64,000 nt of DNA from Lingula anatina (Eukaryota; Animalia; Brachiopoda). The position numbers and the translations under genes are program-made. This document shows positions 1-15,100 of this stretch, in pieces; the stretch's first letter is position 1; every line of letters begins with the position of its first letter. The stretch lies in NCBI GenBank assembly GCA_051362555.1, contig CM120641.1, positions 33,238,401 through 33,302,400 of the forward strand, read 5' to 3'. The notes below the pieces were generated by a model. It made no database searches and was not told the DNA's origin. It saw nothing but the letters and a program-made list of their open reading frames with translations.

Positions 1-311
1 GAGGCCTTCTCTGGCATGCACTAGCCCATGCAGTATATATCAGAAACCATTTTTATGAGTGCTAATGCGTGAATTTTGTGCTATCAGATATGCTGAAGAG
101 AACTGGAGTTATTTGAGGGGTGCACTTTATCAAATCAGTTTAAGTTAATCTTTGTGAGATTACACAAGGAGACACAGGCATACTAAATTCAAAGAATGAT
201 ATTAAAGAGTTTGTTTGAATTCTTCACACAGTGATAAAATGAAAGATTAACGTAAAGTTTGCATTAGACATTACTAAAAGGAGAACATTTTGAAATTCTT
301 TATTTTTGTAG

Positions 312-3300
312 TATTACAAGTTGTAAAGGATGCTCAACAGCAGCATGGGTTACGACATGGAGATTACCAGCGTTACAGGGGCTACTGTAGTAGAAGGCTG
401 AGGAGGATCAGAAAGTCTCTGCACTTTATGCAAGGAGACAAAAGGAGGGTGCAGCCTAAGAAGATTACAGAAGAAAATATGACTGATACAAAGTAATTTT
501 CGTGTTATTTTGATGTTAAAAATGTGTGCAATTTAGATAGTGAGACACAGCATACTTAGTGAATTATTTTTAAGAAGTAAACATGTTTACATCACAAATA
601 TATAAATATATCGAATATGAGAACAAGTAATTTTGATCTCTGCATCATTTCTAGATCAGCATTGCTGCCCATTGTAACCCATTTGTGCATATGTTAATCA
701 CTATCTGTTTTATTCCAGATTTTTGTACCTCCCATTAATGTCTGCAGAGCGGTGCTGGAGCTATGCTATGCAACTGAAGGCAGAGTCCAATACAGAACCA
801 AGGAAAAAGTTCCACATGGTTTCTAAGCTGAGAAAAGGAGTGCAGTATGCAGATGAACTGGCTGGTTTATGTAATAGTGATAAATGTGATGCTAGGACAA
901 AATTAGAAGCTCAGGTAGTTACAGTAGATTGAAGACTGCACCTCATTGATTTTTGAATATTGTCACTAGGATAATGATATCTGAAGTGAAATCGCTTTGA
1001 ATTCTTTAATGGAAGTGATATTTGTAATGTATATTTTGATTAATAAAATATAAGGTAATCAGTCATTAAATAAGCCATTCTAAGAGTTACAGCTTCTATT
1101 TAGATTAATTTTTATTTGGCTGTGTTATTTCTTCAAAAATTGTACATACTTGAATTTAAATCTATTCCAGGCTTATAGTGCATGGATGAAGGCGACACTC
1201 ATGTTTGAGCTTGGAAGATGGAAAGAATCCATAGAACTATATGGAAAGGCAAAGTAAGCGTGTCTGTAAAAAACTTTAATCCTTAATATACCAATGCTTT
1301 TTGTAGACCTCATTCATACTCTTGACCTTCATTATTTAAAACGGAGAAAATATTTTAAATTAATTACATCGTTAAATAGTTTTTTTTTCTTTTTTAACTT
1401 TCTTGGAAGTTAGATCCATACCTGAATCACCTGTTTATGTAAAACTATGCGGCTAGATTAAAGACCACTTTAGTGATGAAAATACCAAAACCACTAGCAA
1501 GATTCTAAAAACAGCATGAATATTCTTCAATATTATTGTGCACAGTGATTTTCAAGGATAGATTCTGTGCTTATGTTGATACAGTAGCAACAAAGATACA
1601 CATCAGCACTGTCATTTTTTAGATAACGAGTGAAAATGTGATGATAAAGGCAACCCTGCCTTGTAGAACTATTTTCTAGAGGTACTATCTTACTGTTACA
1701 GAACCATCTACGAGAAGCTGAGTACAGCTTTCAGTGATGATGTCCAGGCTTTGTACAAGCAGAGGGTAGATGAGATAGCTCCTAACATCCGCTACTGTGC
1801 CTACAACATAGGAGATGAAACTGCTGTCAGTGACCTGGTACAGATGAGAGCCAAGACAGGGGGAGGAGCAGAGGATATGTTGACATCTAAAATAGATGTA
1901 AGAAATTTTTTACCCGTAGTGTATATTTGTCTGTTTCATTTTTCAGTTTCAATAGATATTGAGATGGGTTTGATTTTGGTTAAAACTTATCCGATAAAGT
2001 GGAGTATTATCAATTAAATGGCTTTATCTGTTTAGCAAAATTATACTGTTTATGATTTTTTGTCCACAAGGCAATTGAACTTCTACTCCCTTAAATCCGC
2101 TTCTTTCTATTTTTATGTCTGTATGTGTGTTAGCCATGCTTCTTGAAACATACGTTTTATACACACATTTGATGTTTTCAACTTGTTAGGAGCTGATAGC
2201 ACAAACCAGAGAGAAGCAGGCAGCCACTCTGTCAGAGGTGACATGGAGGGGGCGGACAATGCCAGTCAAGTTCGAGCAAGTCCGAGGTTTCCTACTTAGT
2301 CTGCAGGAGAGTGCTGCAGAACTGGCATCTGCAGAAACAACTGACAGCAAAGTGTCTGTGTATGAAAGACTTTTGAAGGACTGTGTGGAAGCTCTTCAGG
2401 TTCTACGAGATGAACTGAAGGATGACCAGGTAAGAGCAATTTGAACTTTAGACCGTTTTATTCCTCCCTTTTGCTGTTGTTACATTTGTTGAATGTTGTT
2501 TAATATAGCATTTGATAAAGATTTAACATTTGTTGAATGTTTTTTATAGTATTTTTTTTAATTCATTAATTGGTGTATACATAAACTTTTATTTATTAGT
2601 AACTTATTACTAGAATGTATTGTATATCAAATATGTTTTGAATCACACATAATTTAATGGGAATAAAATTGTAAATATTGATGGTAGGATTGAAAACTTG
2701 TAAAAAAAAAACTTGATTGAAAACTTACAAGAAAAATTTGTTAGTCCATATTCTATAACACTTTTTATGTATTTTGACCAAAAGAACTTTAAACTGGTAC
2801 AAAGAGGACAGAAGGCTGAAGGGAAGGTATCTAACCTGCTGTTTCTGCACACATACCTGGTCTATATACGTCTCACCAAGACAGTAGAGAGAAATCTCCT
2901 GATGATTGATACTCTCAAACAAAACCTACCTGGCTCAGCCACATTTGATGAGAATAAAAAGGTCACCAAACCTCAGGACTTAGTCAGATTTTATGAAATT
3001 ATTATCCAGGTAAGACTTATCTGACTTACATACAGTCTTTTTCATTTAACAATTTCATCATTGTTCACTTTTTTGTCCAACTTGATTACTGTTGGTACAT
3101 GTGCAAAACTAAAAAGTGAAACAAATTCTGCTGGAGTGTGTCACTGATTGAAGTAGGATATGTCTGAAGGGGGGTGGGGGGTAATGGTAATAAAAGCTGC
3201 CTGAGTAAAGTGAGGCAAATATAAAATGGTAGAAGAGGGTGAATTTTCAATATAATATGTTGGGCACAAGAATGGGACATTGCTTGGGTTTTGTCTTGTT

Positions 3301-3602
3301 TTTTGGGGAGGGAAGAAGGGGTTCTGTGCCCCCACCCCTCCCCTTGGTCCACCATTGTGCATGACATTGGACATTTATGTTTTCAGAATTTGTCAGAAAT
3401 TCCAAACCTGCCTGGAGTAGAAGAAGATGCAAGTCTAGGTCACGAAGTTGAAGTAGAAACATTAGCATATAAAGCTTTTAGGTATTACCCCCCCCCCTCC
3501 CCTTACTGTTATAGTAATCATCAAAAGGTTTTCCACCCAAATGGTATCTTTTAAGATGGCATCATTTTAATAGATATTTTTTATCAAATTTCTCAGTTTT
3601 TA

Positions 3603-3660
<58 letters not shown>

Positions 3661-4811
3661 TTCATTTTCAATGTTTGGGAAGATGATAGGATTTAAGTCA
3701 ACATTTTCACTTTGACACTAAAAGTTCCATTCAAATCTAAGGCCTTATGTTTCACATCCACATGATACTGATAGAGGGATTCTATGTTCCAGGTGTTTTT
3801 ATGTAGCTCAGACTTATGCAGTAGGAAAGAAATGGCCAGAAGCACTGGCCTTGTATGAAAAAGTTGAGAAATATATCCAGGCAGCTCTTTCAGGTTACAA
3901 AGAGATGAAAGGAGATCAAGCTAAAAGATTTAAGGTTGGTTATGTATTTTTTACCTGGCATTATTATTATAATTATTATTATTCAATGGTCATATGTGTT
4001 TTAAAAGTATTGGAAAAAAGTTCATGTATTTCAGTCATCAAGTCATGTAAAAATTCTAATTTGTTTACATCTTGAATAGCATATACAGTATATTGTATAG
4101 TACATAGGGGGATCATGGGAACAAATTCTACTCTTCCAGGTTGTTAAATATTGAAGTAATTTCCTGTTATTTTGTAGGATGACCTTGCTAGACTTCAGTC
4201 ACTTGAGCAGCAGGTGAATAGTGCTAAGTACGAGTGTCAAGCCTCTAGTATCCTCAACATGGGAGACCTCACGGACCAGATGTCTGCTGTCTCTGTCAGA
4301 GATATTGCTAAGAAGGTAAAGGCATGTCTGTTGGGATAGATTCTGACAAACAGCATCTAAATAGTACTGCTGTTTTATGACCATAATGTAACAAGACCTT
4401 TATCACAAACAGGGGCGGACGGAGGCCTTCTGGAAGACAGAATTTATTAGTTTAACGCATCTAATTTTTGCTTTCAACTGGAATGCTGGTTTTGTGAATG
4501 TCTTTTTAAAAGGCAATTGTAAAATGTGATAAGTGCTTGCATGAAAATAACATATCATTGAATTCTTATTTCAGCCTTTAATTGAGCGTCTAGACGAGTA
4601 TGTAGATGATCCAGGATTGCGAAGTAAGAAGCCTAACCTTGTATCATTCCCACCAGACTTCCAACCAGTGCCATGTAAACCACTGTATTTTGATCTTGCT
4701 CTGAATCACGTGGAGTTCCCTGACCTGGAGCACAAGCTGGAGCAGCAGAAACAACAGAAGAAGGGAATCACAGGCATGGTCTCCGGGTGGTTCAGCTGGG
4801 GGAAGAAGTAA
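312..4811 (+). CDS. SRP68: Signal recognition particle subunit SRP68, spliced, 5'-partial (about 10 exons in window)
   Basis: Exons encode [63 protein letters not shown] and the C-terminal [25 protein letters not shown]...[12 protein letters not shown] exons approx. 312-492, 719-914, 1171-1253, 1702-1897, 2190-2429, 2784-3009, 3387-3481, 3793-3935, 4179-4315, 4574-4811. Confidence 0.95.
3604..3660. repeat. (ATT)n microsatellite in an SRP68 intron
   Basis: Direct reading of the tandem att run. Confidence 0.95.
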
Positions 4812-7206
4812 CTTCCTCACCTCACATTCTAAGATTTCTTTTGGAAACAGAAGTGGAAAAAGTTTTTTTTCTTTGACACCCCTGAGTACCACAAGAGACT
4901 GTCATTTATTTTTAAAGACAAATATACATTTTTTGTCCACATGATTGCTGTGGAATGTACCTTTGTGGCATGAAATGGTGGAACCCCGAAAGTATCAGAG
5001 AAATGGAAGGGAAAGATGACTGTGCTTCTCTGTCCTTTTCATTTTGACAAATTGATATTCTGCTATAAAAATATATGCCATCAGTTATTTATTTATGATG
5101 AACATTTTCATCAGTTCCTTGTCCTGGTTTAAGTTTATCAGGCATATCTTACTATAGGTGGAGGTTGATTAGTAATTAAGACAGATGTGATGAAACACTA
5201 ATTCAAGGGGAAACATTTTAGGTTCAACCCGTTTCTTTAGTCTGTGAATTTTACAAGTATTTTAATTGTTCACTTTTTTATGTAAAGTTCATGCTGTAAC
5301 GATTCTCGTTTTTGATAAATCTGCATATTAGAAGGGTGACGACCCATTTGCTAGAAATGTATCAAGTGAATGTATTTCATAAAAAAATAAAACCATCAAA
5401 ACCATTTGAATTTTGCCCAGTTACAATTGCAACAAATTTTTTTAAAAACTTTCTTGATTTACTACTGTAACATTTATACTGAAAGAAGACACTGGTGTAA
5501 AAGAGATAGAGACTTTTTGAAGATTGTATCGTAAGCCATGTTTACATTGCTCCAATTCAATGCAAGAAATAGGTAACAAATTGCAATGTGTGCCTTAAGT
5601 TGATTCAAATGAATTCATTTGCTGGAAATATCTGGTGTAAACCATACTAAGTACGTACCATATTAATGTCAAAAATTCCTTTGGATTTAAAATGAACGTC
5701 AAGGAGAAAAGAGAATTGGATAACTAAAAGGAAAATAAAACAAAGGAAAGATACCAGAGAAGTAAATGGACATAAAATCAAGTATTTATTGTGATTCAAT
5801 GATCCATTTACACCTGGGCAAAAGCATACCATAACAGCTCTGCTAAAAGATGTAAAAATGAAAATCAAAACTAATTTACAATCAAAAGGAGGACATACAA
5901 CCAATTGAAACAAATACAAAAACGTCAAGTTGACCATGATCACAGCTAACATGATTGAAAATGATGCTCATGCAGGGCGAATTTAACATAGTATTACAAA
6001 GTTGACATGAAAACACTTATCCTGATTACCTGAATCCAATTCATGGTAAATGTACAGTAACCAAGGATGAAACGAGACGGGGGGAAAAATCAATTTTACA
6101 TTTATTTTGACAAAAGAAAGCAAATGCCCCCAGCATTACCCGACAGGGAAACATCACCCATTGCCATTAGACTACTTTCTGACCACCTATTCATCTGAAT
6201 ACTAAGAGCTCCTAATGTAACAATGTATTCAGTATTAGTCTAAATCCAATGGACTGATGTCAATGACCAGCACTTATCAATCAAGAACTATTTTCATGTA
6301 TTTTAAAATAAATAGGTATCATTTTTGGCATCATCTAAGTGATATGAATTAAGATTACAACGTTGCTGTCTAAATGGTAATAATATTTACATTCCATAAC
6401 AACATTAACCAATACTGAGTAAAGCTTTTAAGGGGACTTTAATATTAACAGAATTCTGGGAATTGTGAAGCGCGCGGTTTTAATTAAGGGTGCAAGCTTT
6501 CCCTTCATATGGCAACTTTAAATAACATCATATGTGGTAAAACACAACCAGTGTATAAGAAATTTACAAGCACTTAAAGAGTGATACTATGCTCAGGATA
6601 GGGATTCTTAAGTATTCCTTTTGTGATGTCTATGTACATTTTACAGACTTAGCACTACAGTAACTGTTACTCTTCTGACTATATTTATGGATAATTACAG
6701 GTCTGTTCAACTGTATAAATTCTCTAGAATATTTAAATGTGTACTTCAGGTTGTCTTAAAAACATAAAGATGGCAGATATTACATTTCACTGTAATTTGA
6801 TTACTTTTCAGCAACTGCCTTACAAAACACTAGATACCACAAACAGTAAACTGTGTTTACAATTGCATGTCATTTCTGTAATCCTCGATTTTCTTATCTA
6901 CTAGCTTGTCCCCTTCTCTTTACAAAATGAATGTGTATGTTTGTGTGTATGTATATATACATATAAATCATATATAAATTTTAACTGGAATAATCTACAG
7001 CTTCCAACACAAGTCCATTGTAAGCTTGGATGCTGATGCAGTAATAGAAAGTAGTCTGGTTCAAAGGTTTCAAGGTTATGACCCTGTGGTGCACTGTTAC
7101 AGATAGCATGGATATATTGCAATGATCTGAATATTTTGATCTATGCTGCTACATTTAAACCAAGCTTAAAAAAAATTATGGCAATGTTACAGCATCCCTT
7201 CTTCCT

Positions 7207-10200
7207 CTATAAGGCAAAGAGTGCATTTTCTGTTTCGTCTTTCTGCAGCTGCCGTCCTGACCTCGTTGTGCTTCCAGAGTTACTATCTGGTAATGATTCT
7301 GCAGCTCTTGCTCGCTCTGCTAAAAATCTGTCGAACTCTGTAACCGAAAAAAAGTGCACAATTACAAGTGTTATATTACCCCCTTATCAAATAATACTCT
7401 ATACCCATGTGTTAGTGCTTGTTATTAATAATAAAAAATGGTGAACTTCAAAATAACCTAAAACACCAGCAAAAAAACCTGTGGGATGATTCATTTAAAA
7501 AAATGTATTTAGTGCATATACAATATAATAACTGAGGATAGGAATCAGTTGTCATATCTTATACTATTTAAACAGGCACATAAAATGCTTTTGACATGGG
7601 CATAATAAACAGCTTTTAACAAGTCTTTCACAGAATCAGAGTGCCTTAACATTGGTTTGTACAAACAAATCTTATTTTCTAATTGCAAATTTCCCTAAAA
7701 TGCAAAAACCAGAGTATAACTGATTCCATCAACAAGATTTTGAATGTAAATTTAATTTTGTATACTGACCTGTACTAGTAACTGGTTCTTCGGGTTTTTG
7801 ACCATCCTGAAAAAGATATGATACTGTTAAAAATGCTTAAAAATGCACATCACTGTTGCTTTGGTATATGAATAAAGAAAAAATTAGGGCACCTGAAAAA
7901 TAAATTAAAAGACAAAATAACATTGTTCAAATATAACAGTGTTACAAAATAACAGGAAATGACCATTTATCTTTATTTTAACTTCAAAATGAAGTGACAA
8001 AAATTTAATGTGACTAGTTTACTACCTCTGTTCTTAACCAGCTTTCCATTTCATCAAAATCTCCATCTTTAGCTAGTAGCTGTAAACAGACAAGAAAACA
8101 TAATGAGCTTGACTTGAATTTCCACTCTCATCAACCTTGTTGCTTAATCATCCATTTTAGTTAAATGATATCAATGAATTAAATAGTCTACATTGAACTT
8201 TTTCTACACCATCCTGTTTTCTTTAATTCCACCGCGTACAGTTAGTCCAACTAAACCCCACCACATATCTCTTTATAAAAACGTCACATGTGCTGAAAAG
8301 AAAAGCCACCATTCCAATAAAAAAAAATACTTCCTGCAAACTATTGAACAGAAGATGAAAAAGCAGAAGCTGCAGCTATGTCTACAAGCATGATATACAC
8401 AGAATATATAACACAATAGGAGATAAGTCCATTCAATGTGCTCTTAAATATAAAATCTATAAAATTGTTAGAAAAGAATCAGTGAATGTTCAAACTCCAA
8501 AATGAAATCTAAAATATGAAAAGTAAGTATCAAATTGTAATATGAAAGAAAAACGAAGCATAACCAAGCCAGGCTGACCTAGCTGATCTAGTTCCCAAAC
8601 TAAAAAAAGAAGTTGTTAGAAGTGAGAATATTAAATTCAATTTTGGTGAGTCTACAGTTCTACTATGGTGTAACTGTAAGGCCCATTACCTCTGGTTCAT
8701 CATCCTCTTCCTGATGGTACAAAAACAAAAGCAGTCATCTAAATTTAATTTCCATTTTTCCTCTGATTCCCACCATGAATTATTATAGGAGCTCTGGCAC
8801 TTGCCTCGAACTATATTTTTTCTAAATAGCAAACTGAGCCATTTCTGATGAGCTTAACACACTCAAAAATTGTTTTTTTCTCATGAAAACATTTATTGAC
8901 AAGAAAGAAAGACTGCAATTAGGATATACTGCATTTATTTGTATTATTTAACTGAGAAAGTCACTGTCAAATGCTTAGTAAGGTCACCTGCCTCAAGGAA
9001 ATGATCCTAGAGCTCTCATTCATCTACTCTACAAACCCTTTCAGCCCCATAACTATACTTGGAAATTCATTATATCATCACTAAATTTAATGAAAATGTA
9101 AATTCTTCTGCATCAAAATACAGCAATTTCAACCATATTTTAGGAGTAACTATAATAGGCAAGATTTGCAAACTTACATTTCCAGCATTAGGATTAGTTT
9201 TAGCTGACACGGCGGCTCCCAGTCCACCTGTAAAACTGTCTTGCTTGTTTTGAGCATCGTAGTTATACGACCTTGGAATGAGACAACACAAAGATTATCA
9301 AAAGAATTATGAAGAAACTGATTATAAAACCGTCATTTTTAAATTCATCACAACAGCTTACTTATAGTTACAAAACATTCTTACCGTGTTTCTTTCCAAC
9401 AAATACAATAACTGACTAAATGACTGCACTTTTAGTATTTAAAGCTCCCAATTAACAAGAACAATTTTCAGACTAGCTCAAAGAAACTTGAAGATGTTTG
9501 ATTTTGTAATTCTGAGTCAGGTATTTATGCAGACAGACGTTTCACAAACCTACCCCAGACACCAATTTTTTTAAAAAATTACTTCCTGGAATAATATATT
9601 TTTTTTCAGTTAATCAGGGTCAAGTGCTCACCTATCATTCAGTTGCTGTTTATTCTGTTCAAAAGATTGCCGCGACTGAGCAAACATGTCAAACTCCTCA
9701 TCCTGGGCCGTGCTAGCACCAGTTCTATCTAGAGCATTCAGCGTAGAACTGACACTATTTCCTCCTACATCTGAATAGATATTGACTGATTAATTGAGTG
9801 TCCAACAAATAGCATAATTTGATCTCCTAGGTTTAAATGAAAACAATGTGTTGGATATTTACCAATTTTTTGACTCTGGTATAATCTGGTATTATTAAAA
9901 CATGGTGTCAAAGACTTAATAGTGCATTAATAAAAAACAGAAATATTTTTACAGTTTATATTTTTACAGTTTATATCCTTCATTAGTAATAAATAAGCAG
10001 TCATTAAAACTGAAACTAAATCAGCAGATTTTCTTATAAGAGCAGTGCCAATTAATTTTTTAAGATGAATTTCTAGCAACAGAGTTATATCATATCTAAA
10101 AACAGAGTCACTGCATGAATACACAAGTAATCAAGTACTTTACATACTCATATTGGCTAGACGAACATGGATGTCATTTGGATTTGCACCTTGTGGTTCA

Positions 10201-12157
10201 GAAGAGGGAGTGTCTCCAAAGTCTATCAATGAAGCTGTTGCCTACAAGAAGTCAGAACAGACATTTAAGGTTGAATTTAGATAGTGACACTTTTAGATGT
10301 CCTGGTATCTTCTAAAAGAAAAACTGAAAAAGAATTCAGTCAGTGACAATATGGTGAGCCATGACCTAAACCACATTCACAATATCTTAACTTATGATAC
10401 TCACTATTTAAGTCACATCACCCTGATTAGAAAAAAAAAACCCCATCAGAATTGATATTTTTCATACTATTTAGTATTGTGACATGTTGCAAGAACCCTT
10501 CCACTGCAAAGGAGTAGGAAAATTTTATTTTTGATTTTTTTTTTTTCAAATTGGGAATAAATTCCAAGGGCTTCAAATATCGTTGTAAAGAAAAGGTGGG
10601 GACAAAAACTTACTTTTAAAAGGGAGATAACAACAAAATAAAACAACAAAAGCACTGAGGCTGTAGAATACTTACAGGTTGTGTGGGAGGTTGTGTAGCT
10701 TGTGTAGCTGGGTATGATGGGGGGAGGAAGTTTTGAGCAGGCTGCTGGGGGGGAGGTACCTGCTCTGAAGTCGGAGTCTGCTGTCCTGTTCTGTAACGCT
10801 CAAATCTCTCGTATCTCAGGAAGGAGTTGTTCAGGTCATCATTCACTCTCAATAACTCCTCTGTAACATACAGGGAAACCCTCTTTTTTGAATTCTTAAA
10901 AAGCAGTACAACTGAGAAAAATACCCAAGGAACTATCGCGTCACAGACTTAAAGTGTGAAAGTTTAGTGGTAATTTAATAAAATGGATGAAAAAAGGATT
11001 TGAAGATTGTGAATGTGGACAGACACCCCACATCCCCCCCCCCCCCAAGCTTTTGGAATTACATATCAATGATACATGTTAAATTGCCCTAAAAAGACAC
11101 CTGTTACCATAAATATTAATTGATTTATTTTTAAATGTCATCTTTACAGCATCTATTACCTGAACCAAGGCAATATTACCTGTGACTTCCTCATTTGCTA
11201 CTTTCTCTATTAACTCCACTATTCTTTGTTGCATTTGGCGACAAGTTCGATTTAGTTCCTTAAATCACAGAAAAAACAAGCATCAGGTATTCTGTGATGT
11301 AATCAGAGAAAAATAATTAAAGATGCATTTAAAGTGAGTTGAAATGTGAAATCATTGCCACTAAACCCAATCAAAGGCCATCATATAGGTTTTATTAGCA
11401 TAACAAAGGGTGCAGTTTCATCTTTCCCAAAAAGATATGAACAGATATTTTCTGCTTCCTTTTGTGCTATATATAACCTTCAGTTGTTTTTACTAACTCT
11501 CATTTAAATAATTATGCTATTGCACATGCAGCAGTAATGCATCATAAAATACTACATCATTTGGTGGACTTTTACGCTCTGGAGGGATGGATAAATAGGT
11601 CAAATTTATTACCAGCAATTGGTACAGTTTTATATATTATTTTTTTGACTGACCAAGGAATTAATTTGGTTTATCTTTTTGGCATGTGGACTGCATATTT
11701 TATCTTTTTTACTGATAATTACCAAACATACATTTACAACAGGATTAAAAATTTAATTAGCACATTATCTACAAATTTCCTTCAACTGCCTTTTCTAATT
11801 AAAATCTCATGCATTTTTGAAGGTATATCCACCTGTAGTAGGTCTAGGTCCTCCCTATTTTCCTGCCCTGGAGTCATTTCTGTGAGCATTTCCCCAAAGA
11901 CCTTGACATTTCCCATCACAATATCCACCTCACTCCTCAACTTGGCCATCTGTTCTGGAGCCAGGTTCACTGGTCCACCCATCATTTGTGGAGGGGGTTG
12001 CTGCTGAAGAGTCTGAGGACGCCCCTGGGGTTGGGGAGCCTGCTGAGGGGGGTACTGACCCTGGGGGGCATACTGGGCCTAAAGATTAAACAGCCATAGA
12101 TATCTGATTTTGAACAGTTTAATACATTTCATTTTGAGTCTTTTTTTCTTTTTTCCT

Positions 12158-12193
<36 letters not shown>

Positions 12194-15100
12194 TTCTGAC
12201 CATATCTTTTAAACACTGTAACATTTCTCTTCTCTTTTGATGAAGGCATTTTTGCTAGCAGATCTGCCATTCATTTTTGTATTCAAAGACATCAAATATT
12301 CAAATGTGATTACAATGATTGCTACCAAAATATATCATCACTCTGACTTACCGCCCTTGAAGAAGGTTGTCTTACTGGGGAGGAAGCCGGATCCATTTCT
12401 GGAACAGTCTAGAAAATGACAAGTTTGAATTTTACTACTGTGATAAGATGTCTGAAGGAAAATATAACCTAAACATAAGTCTCTTCTTACATAACATTAC
12501 ATTAAGCTGCCCCAACTTCAAACATGTAGCCATTATTGCAAGTAACCAATTAAAAGCTGCTTTAAACCACAGACATTTTTTAATAGAGTGTGACCACCAT
12601 CATCTAACTGATCACAACTCCCTTAACTGAAAAACATGATAGCATGTTGGAGGCCAGTGGACCTGCTAATTTGATGGGTGGTTTTGCAGCTGTGCAGTAT
12701 AGTTCAACCATCTGTGTTCATTCATTTATACCACACATTTCGTGATGGCATAATTGATCAATTTGAAACAACATTATCTCAATTATCTGAAATTCTGCCC
12801 CTTTATAATTCAAGTCATAAAACAAGTGTAGTCATTTGATGAATTTTCATCTAACTTGGAAATTGCTTAATTAAAAGCCTTGAGTGTTGTTCATTTTTAA
12901 CTTCATGTTTTCTATATCTTACCCTTGCTGGTGTGTGAATAGGTGCCATACTATCTAAATCTGTCATTGGGAACTCAATTCCTTTGCTTTTCAATTCCTG
13001 GTAAACTTTTTCTACCTCTTTCAATTCAACAGCACCTTTAAAAGCATCAGACCAAGTCTGAAATATAAAATAAGAACCTTTAAATGTTAGTTGTACAAAC
13101 TTGATGGCTCAAGTACAAGCGGAGCTGTAACACATAATTGTGGTGTTCTGGTTCCAAAAATAAAGGACTCAAATATTTTAACAAGGCTCAGAATTACCTG
13201 TATTAAACTCAAAATCTTCTCTTGGATAACAGTCGGAGGGTCATTCTTTGGTCCAATTATCTTCACCAGCTCATGTAAAAAATCCTTGTTTGCCACAAGA
13301 ATGTGAAATCTTTTGCCACAGTTTTTCACACATGTCTCTAGGACCTAGGAAATTATAAAATGTTTTATACAATGATTTACTGACAAAAAGAGCACAAAGA
13401 GCCCCCCCCCCCCCAAAAAAAAAGAACCAATGTCCACATGTATTTCACAATTTAAAAAATATTGAGACAAACTTAAGCTATATATGTCAACACCAAATAA
13501 TTCGAGTACACATTTTGCTTTCAAACTGACATTTCATGAAATAAATTTAATGCAAAATCAACAATACACATACCGAATATCCGTGATCTTTATAAATATA
13601 TGTATTATTACTTTGGCAATGCGAAAACTCTTTTCATTTGACACCAGTGGTGCAGATAACGACTGAATGCCACTGTGTGAGGCAGCAATGTGAACTGTCA
13701 TGACAACACCAATGTCTTCTTATTCCTTACCGTCAGGGTGTACATCACCACCGTCCAGTTCTTGCCAACATTATTGGTCAGTTTCTTGCGCAATGCCTTG
13801 ATGGCATCTCTGGGGCTGGAATAAATAAATGTCTTTACAAATTTGTTGATATAATGTATTATTTGCACATAAATATAATTTACATTACTACTAGAGCAGT
13901 CCTGTAGCTAGCAATTTCAAAGGGGCTCCTTTTTCTGAATAAGTGGACCTTTATCATTTATCTCCTTAGTAGACCCAACTTGAGAAATGGCATAGTACCT
14001 AGTTCTCCAGATCAAATTTTGTTTCAGCACAGACCTTTTCCTATCAAAACTATGGTTCTTTTTAGCCCCTCCACCCAAGTCTAGAGGGCAGTAGAAGTTA
14101 TAGTATACTAAAATTTATTTTGAGACCGAGGCGCTTTGTTATATAATAACCATCTCTGGAACATCTATGGATATGATATCAACATAATCGATAACACCAC
14201 TGATATTCTTCTTCATCACTTAAGTGTCTAAGAATTGTAGGCCTTTGTGTAATTCTCCACAAATATTAATCAGATCAATATCAAGACTAATAAAATAATA
14301 TCATTTATCCAGCAGATTGTGAACTATTTGAGAACATCTATGACTAGAAATTAATCCAATCAATAATATGAATTATATCACATGTTGCCCAGCCTGCAAT
14401 GTCTAAGAATGTAAGGCAACTGTCTACAGGAACATATTCAAAAATCAATAATGTGAATTATAGCTTAATTTTAGTTAGCTTGAAGCAGCACTCAATATCA
14501 CTCACATACTAATAGCTCAGTTCCAAAGCATTCTCGATTCCTACTTTTTATACACATTATTCGTAATATAACTTGGTTAAGCATACAGTTCATTCTAAAT
14601 AACTGTCATATTTTACCATTTATCAATAAGGAAGAGCTGACTGAAGCTCCCAACATGTCATTCATGATATGAGATGTGGGATGATGTTCACAGAAAACAT
14701 GCCAAACTAAAGTGACAAGAAAACATAAACAGTGTAAAAGTAAATCTGATTCAAATTCTGTACATTTTGAAGTTTAATGTCCTGTACCTAATTAAGTCTA
14801 TTATTTGTGGCAAACCTTTAATCCAATATTGATAAGTCCTTAAACTTACCCCTCATCTGTCTCATTGATTATGTCACATATCTCCATGTTCAGGGCCCAG
14901 TTCTCAGATGCCATGGAGGCATCAGTGGCCTGGTCTGTAAAAAAAATAATGGATTAACAAATTAACATATTTCTCTGTAACATTTTGAATTTTACGTTAG
15001 TCCTAAGAGAATGTTGACATTTCAATTGCCTACGTGCAACACCTGCATCTATAAATAACTGTTATCAAACTAAATGCATTTCAGGAAATGCTACTTCCAC

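Noticed and set aside
290-311. Possible U12 3' end for the first SRP68 intron
   Set aside because: The branch match (TTCTTTAT) is weak and the donor lies outside the window.
1465-1690. C/D snoRNA candidates (GTGATGA boxes) in an SRP68 intron
   Set aside because: No appropriately placed CTGA D box or terminal stem.
8843-8890. CTGATGAG hammerhead-like core (also CTGAAGAAG near 53128)
   Set aside because: No stem II plus GAAA arrangement and no flanking helices.
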